NCBI GenBank assembly: GCA_000252525.1
Contig: JH611156.1
Coordinates: 102,219 to 166,218, forward strand
Direction: 5' to 3'
Origin: SAR86 cluster bacterium SAR86A
GTDB lineage: Bacteria; Pseudomonadota; Gammaproteobacteria; Magnimaribacterales; D2472
Length of the DNA: 64,000 nt
Part shown: positions 49,077 through 57,593 of the stretch, piece after piece
Numbering within the stretch: position 1 is the stretch's first letter
Layout: the number at the start of each line of letters is the position of its first letter
The notes under the pieces: model-generated
Database searches by the model: none
Told to the model about the DNA's origin: nothing
What the model saw: only the letters and a program-made list of their open reading frames with translations
Position numbers and translations under genes: made by a program

Positions 49077-50111
49077 ATGAAATCCCTTATTTATGGTTAT
49101 GGTAAAACTGGAAAATCATTTGCAAGATTTCTAGAATCTAAAAAATACAAGTTTGATATATACGATGATAATTTGCCAAAATACTCTAAAAAAATTGATT
49201 TAAAAAAATATAATCAAATTTTGTGCAGCCCAGGTGTTCCAAAAAATATCTTTGAAAAAATAAGAAATATTAATAAAAACGTTTTAACTGATCTTGATAT
49301 TTTTTTTCAAGAAGATACTTCAATAAAAATTGGTATTACAGGAACTAATAGAAAAAGTACAACAGCATTTCATCTATACCAACTTTTTGAAAAGTTTGAG
49401 CCAGCTAACCTCATAGGAAACATTGGAAATCCAATGCTTGATTGTATAAATACAAAAAAATATTCAATTATCGAGCTCTCAAGCTTCCAATTGGACAAGA
49501 TGATTACCAATAAACTTGATTTTGGGATACTTCTAAATATTCAGACTGATCATCTTGACTATCATGGCAATTTTGAGTCTTATAAATTAGCCAAGGAGAG
49601 AATTCTTGATGCAAAAAAAAGTATCTCTTTTGAAGATAACCCTTATGATTTATTTGAGTGGATAACAGGCCAAAAATCATCAGAAATTAATTTAAAAAAT
49701 CTTCCATATAGATTCCAACATATTTCAAAAAACATTATTAATGACTCAAAATCTACAAACTATCACTCTTTAAGTTATGCAGTGAAAAGGGCAAATGAAA
49801 TCTTTTTAAATAATGGATATATTCTTATTGTTTGCGGTTCTCCAAAAAAGGAGGAATTTAGAAAGATTGACATTAAAGGACCAGATCAAATTTATATTTT
49901 TGGAGAACATGCGAAAGAGATAGATAAATGCGTTAACAACAAGAACAAAAAAGTTTTCAACAAACTTTCCGATGTTGTAAATCATTTAAACAAACATAAC
50001 CAAAAAAATGTTTTATTTTCACCTGGCTATCCTAGTGGAGATGACTTTTCAAATTTTGAAGATAGAGGCGTCGCATTTAACAAAATTTTTGGAAATTTAA
50101 ATGAAAATTGA
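49077..50111 (+). CDS. murD: UDP-MurNAc-L-Ala:D-Glu ligase MurD (short, atypical P-loop)
   Basis: 344 aa. ITGTNRKST at the P-loop position, NIQTDHLDYHG, DSKSTN, and a C-terminal VLFSPGYPSGDDFSNFEDRG that matches the MurD end. dcw position between mraY and ftsW. Confidence 0.8.
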   Translation: MKSLIYGYGKTGKSFARFLESKKYKFDIYDDNLPKYSKKIDLKKYNQILCSPGVPKNIFEKIRNINKNVLTDLDIFFQEDTSIKIGITGTNRKSTTAFHLYQLFEKFEPANLIGNIGNPMLDCINTKKYSIIELSSFQLDKMITNKLDFGILLNIQTDHLDYHGNFESYKLAKERILDAKKSISFEDNPYDLFEWITGQKSSEINLKNLPYRFQHISKNIINDSKSTNYHSLSYAVKRANEIFLNNGYILIVCGSPKKEEFRKIDIKGPDQIYIFGEHAKEIDKCVNNKNKKVFNKLSDVVNHLNKHNQKNVLFSPGYPSGDDFSNFEDRGVAFNKIFGNLNEN

Positions 50112-51210
50112 TTTACGAGATATTCTTATCATTGTTCCAGTTTCAGTTCTATTAATGTTTGGTATTATCATGGTCACATCTTCAAGTATATATATTGCTG
50201 ATGATTTAACTTCAAACCCTTTTCATTTTGCTCAACGTCAAGTTATTTTTATAGCGGTTGGATTTTTAGCTATGATATTTTTTTTGGTTATTCCATCAGA
50301 ATTGCTTTATAAAGCTGACTGGATCTTTATGTTGATCAGTATTCTTCTATTAGCGTTATTATTTGTTCCTGATGTTGGAACTAGTGTAAATGGCAGTATT
50401 CGATGGATAAGGCTTGGTCCTATAAATATTCAGCCATCAGAAATTTGTAAGTTTAGTTTAATACTATACATATCTGGTTATTCAGTTAGAAGAATGACTG
50501 AGATTAATTCTTTTAGAAGTTTTTTAAAGCCTCTATTTCTTTTATTTTTAATTTCAATATTAATTATGGGTCAACCAGATCTTGGATCAACTGCCATTAT
50601 TTGTATTTTAGTTGTTGGTATACTTTTTTATGCAGGAATATCTTTCTTTCAATTATTTTTATTATTACTTTTAATTGGCTTATTGGGATATTTAGCAATT
50701 TCAACATCTCCAATGCGTCTAGCAAGAGTTTTAGCATTTACAGATCCTTTTGCAGCAGACGTAGTTCTTAATGCTGGCTGGCAACTGTCAAATTCTCTAA
50801 TTAGCATTGGACAGGGAGGATGGTTCGGAGTTGGTCTTGGAAATAGTTTTCAGAAAAGTTTCTTTCTACCTGAGGCACACACCGATTTTATTTTTGCAAT
50901 ACTTATAGAAGAATTAGGTTTAATAGGTGGATTATTTTTAATAATGATATTTTTATTTTTATTTTATGGATTAATTTTGATTTGTTTAGATTCATTTAAA
51001 AAGAATAGATTATTTCAAGGATATGCAGTATTTGGGATATTTTTGTTATTAGTCGTTCAAACTTTGTTTAACATTTCTGTAAATATTGGATTGCTGCCTA
51101 CAAAAGGTTTAACTTTACCTTTCATAAGCTATGGTGGGACAAGTATTATTATAATGTTATCTTTAATAGGCATTGTTTTAAGGATTAATAATGAAAATAA
51201 AGCCATATAA
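50101..51210 (+). CDS. ftsW: Peptidoglycan glycosyltransferase FtsW (SEDS family)
   Basis: 369 aa with about 10 TM helices. PEAHTDFIFA and LPFISYGG SEDS motifs. Confidence 0.9.
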   Translation: MKIDLRDILIIVPVSVLLMFGIIMVTSSSIYIADDLTSNPFHFAQRQVIFIAVGFLAMIFFLVIPSELLYKADWIFMLISILLLALLFVPDVGTSVNGSIRWIRLGPINIQPSEICKFSLILYISGYSVRRMTEINSFRSFLKPLFLLFLISILIMGQPDLGSTAIICILVVGILFYAGISFFQLFLLLLLIGLLGYLAISTSPMRLARVLAFTDPFAADVVLNAGWQLSNSLISIGQGGWFGVGLGNSFQKSFFLPEAHTDFIFAILIEELGLIGGLFLIMIFLFLFYGLILICLDSFKKNRLFQGYAVFGIFLLLVVQTLFNISVNIGLLPTKGLTLPFISYGGTSIIIMLSLIGIVLRINNENKAI

Positions 51211-51213
51211 GTC

Positions 51214-52257
51214 ATGAAATTTCTTATAGTTGCAGCAAAAACAGGTGGTCATATTTTTCCTGCAGTGGCAGTTGCGGATGAAATTAAGAAAAATAATTTT
51301 GAATTAGTTTTCTTGGGAACAGGATCAAGTATTGAGGAAGGGGCATATGATAAGTTCAGTTCTGTTTTTTACAAGCTTCAAATGGAAGGATTCAGAGGCA
51401 AAAGCCTATTAAAAAAATTAAAAGTGATTTTTCAAGTACTTTTTAATATTTTTAAAGTTATTAAGATTATTAAAAAAGAAAAAATTAACGCGATGATTGG
51501 TTTTGGAGGTTTTATAACTGTTCCGGTTGGAATTGCATGCTATCTTTTAAATATTCCAATATTTATTCACGAGCAAAATGCAGTCATGGGATCAGCAAAT
51601 AAAATTCTATCAAAAATATCCAAAATTAATTTTTTAGGAATGCGAATCAAAAATATTAAAAACTCTGTTCACTCTGGAAATCCAATAAGAACTGAATTTT
51701 TTCAATCATCAGACTTAGACAGTGAACATGTAAATATTTATATAACTGGAGGTAGTCAAGGCGCTGATTACATTAATGAAAATCTTCCAAAGGCCTTATC
51801 AAAATTGACTAACATAAATGTTAAACATCAGTGCGGTAAAAACAATATTACAAAAGTTCGAGAACTTTATAAGAAATATGGAGTTACAGCAGAGATTTAC
51901 GATTTTTATGAAAATCCTGCTGAGCAAATACTTTGGTCGGATTTTGTAATATCAAGGGCTGGTGCTTTGAGTTTATCAGAAATATCCTCATTGCAAAGAG
52001 GTGCATTGATGATTCCTCTGCCTACAGCAATAGATAATCATCAGTTTGAGAATGCAAAATCAATTGTTGAACTTGGGATGGGAGAAATTCATCTACAAAA
52101 TGACTCGATTGAAAAATTAATAAGCAAGATTGAGAACATTATTTCAAATCAAAGTTATGTAAATTGGAAAAAACAAAGGAATAAAGATCATAAATATGCT
52201 GCAAAAGTTATTACTGAAAATATCTATAAGTTTTTAAATAGAAATGAAAAAGTTTGA
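51214..52257 (+). CDS. murG: Lipid II synthase MurG
   Basis: 347 aa. AAKTGGHIFPA N-terminal G-loop and ISRAGALSLSE. Confidence 0.9.
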   Translation: MKFLIVAAKTGGHIFPAVAVADEIKKNNFELVFLGTGSSIEEGAYDKFSSVFYKLQMEGFRGKSLLKKLKVIFQVLFNIFKVIKIIKKEKINAMIGFGGFITVPVGIACYLLNIPIFIHEQNAVMGSANKILSKISKINFLGMRIKNIKNSVHSGNPIRTEFFQSSDLDSEHVNIYITGGSQGADYINENLPKALSKLTNINVKHQCGKNNITKVRELYKKYGVTAEIYDFYENPAEQILWSDFVISRAGALSLSEISSLQRGALMIPLPTAIDNHQFENAKSIVELGMGEIHLQNDSIEKLISKIENIISNQSYVNWKKQRNKDHKYAAKVITENIYKFLNRNEKV

Positions 52258-53638
52258 AAAGGTAAAAAATATCCACTTTGTTGGCATTGGTGGTGCTGGC
52301 ATGATAGGCATCGCTCGTGTTTTACTCAAAAAAGGTTATAAAGTATCAGGTTCGGATATTGATTATTCAAATGATTTAAAAAAATTAAAAAACGATGGAG
52401 CAATTGTTTATGAAGGACATCATGAGAATAATATTAAAGATAAGGATTTATTAGTTGTTTCCTCAGCCATTGATTCCGAAAATGTAGAGTTGCTTCAGGC
52501 TAAAAAAGACTCTATCACAATAATTCCCAGAGCAGAGATGCTAGGAAGTCTTATGATTGGATATGAGAGCATAGCGGTGGCAGGTAGTCATGGGAAAACA
52601 ACAACCACAAGCATGGTTGCTAAAATTTTAAGTGTTGCAGATCTAAGCCCTACATATGTTGTTGGAGGAAAAGTATTAAGTACTGACGAAAATTCTGATT
52701 TAGGTGAAGGTAAATATTTGGTAGCAGAAGCAGATGAAAGTGATGGATCTTTTATTCATTTGCAACCTGATGTAGCAGTAATTACAAATATTGATGACGA
52801 TCATTTAGCTCATTTTAATAATATATTTGAAAACTTGCTTGATTCTTTTATTGCTTTTTGTGAAAACGTACCTTTTTGGGGTTATTTGGTAATAAATGGT
52901 GATGATAAAAATTTTCAAAAAATTTCGAGCAAAATCTCAAGAAAAAAAATTACTTATGGGACTTCGCAAAACTGTGATTACAAAATAGTCGAGATCTTAT
53001 CAATTGAAGGATGTCAAAAATTTAAAATTGAAGATTCTATTCGAAAAAAATCTCATTCTTTTCAAATAAATTTGCCTGGAAGACACAATGTATTTAATGC
53101 AGCAGCATCAATTGTAGTTGCTATACAGGAAGGCCTTGATATTGAAGCAATTAAAAAAGGAGTGCTAGATTTTTCAGGAGTAGGCAGAAGATATGAAAAA
53201 CATGTGATAAATATTGATAAAGAGAAAAAATTTTTAATTGATGACTATGGTCATCATCCGCTTGAAATAAGATGTAACCTTGATGCGATAAGAGAAGAGT
53301 TTCAAGATAAAAAAATATTGATGATTTTTCAACCACATAGATATACAAGAACAGCTCAATTGTATGATGAGTTTGTGGATGTACTTAATAGAGTAGATTC
53401 TTTAATTCTGTTAGATATTTATTCTGCAAGTGAAGAGCCCATAAAAGGAATTACCTCTAGTGCTCTTGCTGAAACAATAAAAAAACAAGGACATAAAAAC
53501 GTATTACATGTAAAAAATCATGATGATTTATTAGATATTATTAAAGAAAAAAAAGATCTTTTTGATGTAATAGTTACACAAGGCGCTGGTAGCATATCTA
53601 AAGTTTGTGAAAGTATTATCCGAAGATGGAAGATATAA
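52244..53638 (+). CDS. murC: UDP-MurNAc:L-alanine ligase MurC
   Basis: 464 aa. IHFVGIGGAGM and P-loop VAGSHGKTTTTS. Confidence 0.93.
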   Translation: MKKFEKVKNIHFVGIGGAGMIGIARVLLKKGYKVSGSDIDYSNDLKKLKNDGAIVYEGHHENNIKDKDLLVVSSAIDSENVELLQAKKDSITIIPRAEMLGSLMIGYESIAVAGSHGKTTTTSMVAKILSVADLSPTYVVGGKVLSTDENSDLGEGKYLVAEADESDGSFIHLQPDVAVITNIDDDHLAHFNNIFENLLDSFIAFCENVPFWGYLVINGDDKNFQKISSKISRKKITYGTSQNCDYKIVEILSIEGCQKFKIEDSIRKKSHSFQINLPGRHNVFNAAASIVVAIQEGLDIEAIKKGVLDFSGVGRRYEKHVINIDKEKKFLIDDYGHHPLEIRCNLDAIREEFQDKKILMIFQPHRYTRTAQLYDEFVDVLNRVDSLILLDIYSASEEPIKGITSSALAETIKKQGHKNVLHVKNHDDLLDIIKEKKDLFDVIVTQGAGSISKVCESIIRRWKI

Positions 53639-54543
53639 ATAAGATTGCAGTAATTTGCGGCGGATCTTCTCCAGAGAGAGAAGTGTCAATTAATAGTGGT
53701 AATGGCGTTAAAGATGCTCTTTTGCAACTCGGATTTAAATCAGATTTAATTGATTATAGCGATATTCAAGATTTTAATGATTTGTATGACTATGAATTAG
53801 TTTTTATAGCTTTACATGGATTTGAAGGGGAAAATGGTGAACTGCAAGCTAGGTTAGACAAAATGAATATTATATTTACTGGCTCTAAATCTTCAGCCTG
53901 CAGCAATACATGGAATAAAAATTTATGTAAAACAATTTTAAATGAAAACTCTATAAATACACCTAACTCTATTTTGCTAAATAATTTAAAAAATTGTTCA
54001 AATAATCCATTTGATTGCTTTGAAAAAAAGTTTGGCTACAAACCTAATTTATTTATGAAACCTTGTGAGGATGGTTCAAGTATAGATATTTTTAAAATAT
54101 CAAACGATGAAGATTATAAAAAAGCAAAACTCAATTGTTTGAACCTAGAAAGGGAATTTATCTTTGAGGAGTCGATCGAAGGAAGAGAGTTTACTGTTAC
54201 GATTATCGGAAATAAATGTTATCCCGTTATAGAAATAAAAACACAAAATGATTTTTATGATTATGATGCAAAATATATATCTGACGATACGATTCTTGAT
54301 CAAGCGAAACTTTCGGATAATGAGTTAAATATTATAAATGATATTGCTCTTAGAGCATTTCATGCACTTAAATGCAGTGGCTGGGCTAGAGTTGACATAA
54401 TTCAAGATAAAAATGGTAACTTTAACGTTATTGAAATAAATACTGTGCCTGGAATGACCTCACATAGCTGTGTCCCGAAATCGGCGAGTTTTATGGGCTT
54501 ATCTTATCAAGATGTTATTAAAGAAATTTTAATAAATGTATAA
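53626..54543 (+). CDS. ddl: D-alanine-D-alanine ligase
   Basis: 305 aa. IAVICGGSSPEREVSINSG N-terminus, ATP-grasp core, EINTVPGMT. Confidence 0.92.
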   Translation: MEDINKIAVICGGSSPEREVSINSGNGVKDALLQLGFKSDLIDYSDIQDFNDLYDYELVFIALHGFEGENGELQARLDKMNIIFTGSKSSACSNTWNKNLCKTILNENSINTPNSILLNNLKNCSNNPFDCFEKKFGYKPNLFMKPCEDGSSIDIFKISNDEDYKKAKLNCLNLEREFIFEESIEGREFTVTIIGNKCYPVIEIKTQNDFYDYDAKYISDDTILDQAKLSDNELNIINDIALRAFHALKCSGWARVDIIQDKNGNFNVIEINTVPGMTSHSCVPKSASFMGLSYQDVIKEILINV

Positions 54544-55153
54544 ATTAACATTTGTTTTTTTTATTAGCTTTCTAACCATATCAGTTTTATCTGATACTTT
54601 TGATATCAGCGTTAATTTTGAGTCAGGCTATGAGTTCAAATCTCAGATCGCTCTTGCACAAGAGATTAGAAAACTAAAATCAAAAAAAGAAATAGAAAAA
54701 TTAATTAGAAATCAAGATTGGATTGATGAATATTCTCTTATTACTCAGCCTTTCAAAAATAAAATATCAATAAGTATTAAGAACAAGGTTCCTATATTTG
54801 CAGTAAACGGTACCCATTTTTACGATGATAATTTGAATAAGTTTAATTTTGATTATACATATGGAGAAATTATTCATGTTGAAGGGCCTGTTCAGGATTT
54901 TGAGACAATTCTTAAATTAATAAATCTTGTGCAATCAGATACTTTTAGGATTAATAAAATTTTATTTAGTTATACAAATGGCTGGGACATAGTTTCAAAA
55001 GACACAAAAATTCGGTTTGGAAAAAATATAACGAATAAAAAATTAAGGAATTTCAAAAATACAATAAATTATTTGTTAGATATTGAGAAAATTCCTAGTA
55101 TTATAGATCTTAGAAATAAAGACGGGGTTGCTTTAAATTATGGCAGTAAATAA
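54536..55153 (+). CDS. ftsQ: Cell division protein FtsQ (short; essentially no cytoplasmic tail)
   Basis: 205 aa. A TM helix starts at about residue 5, followed by a POTRA-like region. Lies between ddl and ftsA. Confidence 0.7.
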   Translation: MYKLTFVFFISFLTISVLSDTFDISVNFESGYEFKSQIALAQEIRKLKSKKEIEKLIRNQDWIDEYSLITQPFKNKISISIKNKVPIFAVNGTHFYDDNLNKFNFDYTYGEIIHVEGPVQDFETILKLINLVQSDTFRINKILFSYTNGWDIVSKDTKIRFGKNITNKKLRNFKNTINYLLDIEKIPSIIDLRNKDGVALNYGSK

Positions 55154-56363
55154 AAATTCAAATCTTATTGTTGGATTAGATATTGGGACTTCTAAAGTTG
55201 TTTGCATCGTAGGTAAATATAATGAAGAAAGTAAATTAGAAATAGTCGCATTGGGTGCGTATCCTTCAAGTGGATTAAAAAAAGGTGTTGTCGTAAATAT
55301 TGATGCCACTACTGACGCAATAAGCAAAGCTGTTGAGCAAGCTCAATCAATGATTGAAGATAAAATTAGATCTGTTTTTGTTGGTATTGCTGGCAATCAC
55401 ATAAAAAGTCTCAATTCGCAAGGAGCTGTTGGTATAAAAGATAAAGAAGTTACTAATTATGATATTGATAGGGTTATAGATTCAGCGCAAGCGGTATCAA
55501 TACCGTCAGATCAGAGAGTTCTTCATGTATTACCACAAGAATTTGTTATAGATGGCCAAGAAGTAAGCTTAGATCCACTAGGCATGTCAGGTGTAAGACT
55601 AGAGGCAAAAGTTCATTTAGTAACCTGTTCAAATAGCGCTATTAAAAATATTGAAAAATGTATTAAAAATTGTGGATTAGGGGTGGATGGTTTTGTTCTT
55701 GAACAACTTGCTAGCTCACACTCGATATTATCTGATGATGAAAAAGATTTAGGAGTTTGTTTAGTTGATATTGGCGGAGGTACAACAGATATCGCGATTT
55801 TTAATTCTGGTTCAATTGTATTTACTGGAGTAATACCAATTGCAGGAGATCAAGTGACAAGTGATATTGCACAAGCTTTAAGAACTCCAACTCCACAAGC
55901 TGAGGAAATTAAACAAAAGCATGGATGCGCAGTTACTGAATTTACGAAAGATGATGAGACTGTAGAAGTGCTTGGAGTTGGAGGTAGACCGCCAAGAGAG
56001 CTGTCTAGAAGCTCTCTTGCGGATATTATTCAACCAAGATATTCGGAATTATTTGATTTAATTAAAGCAGAAATTACAAGAAATGGATTTGAGGATAAGA
56101 TATCTGCCGGAATTGTATTTACAGGTGGTACTTCAAAAATGGAAGGTGTTGTTGAGCTTGCTGAATCTATTTTTCAGACTTCTGTTAGGCTTGGTATTCC
56201 ATCAAAATTCAAAGGTATGGAGACCATACTACAAAATCCAATATATTCAACATCTATTGGCTTAATAGAACATGGAAATAAACAAATCAACAACGAAATG
56301 TTAGCCGAACAAAACTTAAATCTTTTCTCAAAATTGTTGAGAATAGTAAAAAGTGAATATTGA
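55140..56363 (+). CDS. ftsA: Cell division protein FtsA
   Basis: 407 aa. VGLDIGTSKV and DIGGGTTDIA actin-fold motifs. C-terminal amphipathic helix LFSKLLRIVK. Confidence 0.95.
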   Translation: MAVNKNSNLIVGLDIGTSKVVCIVGKYNEESKLEIVALGAYPSSGLKKGVVVNIDATTDAISKAVEQAQSMIEDKIRSVFVGIAGNHIKSLNSQGAVGIKDKEVTNYDIDRVIDSAQAVSIPSDQRVLHVLPQEFVIDGQEVSLDPLGMSGVRLEAKVHLVTCSNSAIKNIEKCIKNCGLGVDGFVLEQLASSHSILSDDEKDLGVCLVDIGGGTTDIAIFNSGSIVFTGVIPIAGDQVTSDIAQALRTPTPQAEEIKQKHGCAVTEFTKDDETVEVLGVGGRPPRELSRSSLADIIQPRYSELFDLIKAEITRNGFEDKISAGIVFTGGTSKMEGVVELAESIFQTSVRLGIPSKFKGMETILQNPIYSTSIGLIEHGNKQINNEMLAEQNLNLFSKLLRIVKSEY

Positions 56364-56384
56364 TATTAGAAAATAATTGAATTA

Positions 56385-56406
56385 GAATGCGCATTCCTTG
56401 GTTTTT
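56385..56406 (+). terminator. Weak terminator candidate / 12-bp palindrome after ftsA
   Basis: GAATGCGCATTC perfect palindrome followed by CTTGGTTTTT. The stem is short, so it could equally be a protein-binding site. Confidence 0.25.
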
Positions 56407-56442
56407 ACAGTGAAGTAAAAATCTATAACCATAAGGAAAAAG

Positions 56443-56919
56443 ATGAACAAATACGAAGCAGTAATAATACTTAATCCAAACCTTTCAACTAAAGTTGATT
56501 CATTTTTAAAAGAATTTACATCTTTGCTTTCAGACAATTCTTTCAACATTATAAAAACTGAAGATGTCGGTAGAAGACAATTAGCTTACTCTATAAATAA
56601 TCATAATAAAGGTCACTATCTTTTGTTTAATATCGAAGGCGATCCTTCAAAGCTTATTGATATAGAAAATAAGATTAAATATAACGAATCTATAATTAGG
56701 CACTTATTTGTTTCTGTGAAAGAGCATGATGGAGATGAGTCTTATTTATTTGCTGAATCTAAGTCTAAAAAGAAAGATACTGATGAAGACTCAGATGATC
56801 AAACATCTCAAACCGAAGAACAAGTTGTAATAGAAAATACCGATAATGATTCAGTTGAAGGAAATGAAGTTGAAGATAATGCTGAAAAAGAACAAGAGGA
56901 AGAGGTAAAAGATGAGTAA
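56443..56919 (+). CDS. rpsF: 30S ribosomal protein S6 with a long acidic C-terminal tail
   Basis: 158 aa. YEAVIILNP...GRRQLAYSI is the S6 core. About 50 aa of D/E-rich tail. SD AAGGAAAAAG. Confidence 0.93.
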   Translation: MNKYEAVIILNPNLSTKVDSFLKEFTSLLSDNSFNIIKTEDVGRRQLAYSINNHNKGHYLLFNIEGDPSKLIDIENKIKYNESIIRHLFVSVKEHDGDESYLFAESKSKKKDTDEDSDDQTSQTEEQVVIENTDNDSVEGNEVEDNAEKEQEEEVKDE

Positions 56920-57106
56920 ATATGATTTACCGAAAAAATTTGATTATAAAGATGTGAATACTCTTAAGCAGTTTATAACTGAAACAGGAAAAATAATTCC
57001 TGCGAGAGTAACTGGAGTTTCAGCATCAAATCAAAGGAAGCTAACAAAAAATATCAAGATTGCAAGATTTTTAGCCTTAATTCCTTATACGGATATGCAC
57101 AAATAA
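56912..57106 (+). CDS. rpsR: 30S ribosomal protein S18 (N-terminally short)
   Basis: 64 aa. [51 protein letters not shown] is the S18 core. An in-frame TAA two codons upstream prevents a longer N-terminus. Confidence 0.92.
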   Translation: MSKYDLPKKFDYKDVNTLKQFITETGKIIPARVTGVSASNQRKLTKNIKIARFLALIPYTDMHK

Positions 57107-57108
57107 TT

Positions 57109-57555
57109 ATGAAAATAATATTGTTAGATAAAATACAACGACTAGGTGAAATTGGAGACATTGTTGAGGTGAATTCTGGTTATGCTAGAAATTTTCTGAT
57201 TCCACAAAAGAAAGCAGCTTTCGCAAGTAAATCAAATATTGCTGAAGTTGAAGCCAGAAAAGAAGAACTAGCAGCCATGTCTGAAGATGTGCTAACTAAA
57301 GCTCAGGCAAGAGCTGAATCCATTAATGGAGCTGAATGTGAAATTTTAGTTCCAGTCACAGAAGAGGGCGCTTTGTATGGGTCAGTAGGGACAAGAGAAA
57401 TTTCAGAGGCTTTCACTAACATTAACATTTCAATTGATAAAAGCGAGGTACAACTTCCTGATGGACCAATTAAAGAAACAGGTGATCATAATATTGTGAT
57501 TAGTGTTCATCCTGAAGTTAGCGTTGAAGTTCTTGTAAAAGTATCACCTGAGTAG
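57109..57555 (+). CDS. rplI: 50S ribosomal protein L9
   Basis: 148 aa. MKIILLDKIQRLGEIGDIVEVNSGYARNFLIPQKKA is the L9 N-domain. Confidence 0.95.
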   Translation: MKIILLDKIQRLGEIGDIVEVNSGYARNFLIPQKKAAFASKSNIAEVEARKEELAAMSEDVLTKAQARAESINGAECEILVPVTEEGALYGSVGTREISEAFTNINISIDKSEVQLPDGPIKETGDHNIVISVHPEVSVEVLVKVSPE

Positions 57556-57566
57556 TTGTATATTTC

Positions 57567-57592
57567 GGAATATGATGTAAAAATCATATTCC
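57567..57592 (+). promoter_or_regulatory. Perfect 10-bp stem-loop abutting the dnaB start codon
   Basis: GGAATATGAT-gtaaaa-ATCATATTCC. It ends 1 nt before the dnaB ATG (57594). No T-tract follows it and no SD is visible. Confidence 0.5.
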
Positions 57593-57593
57593 C

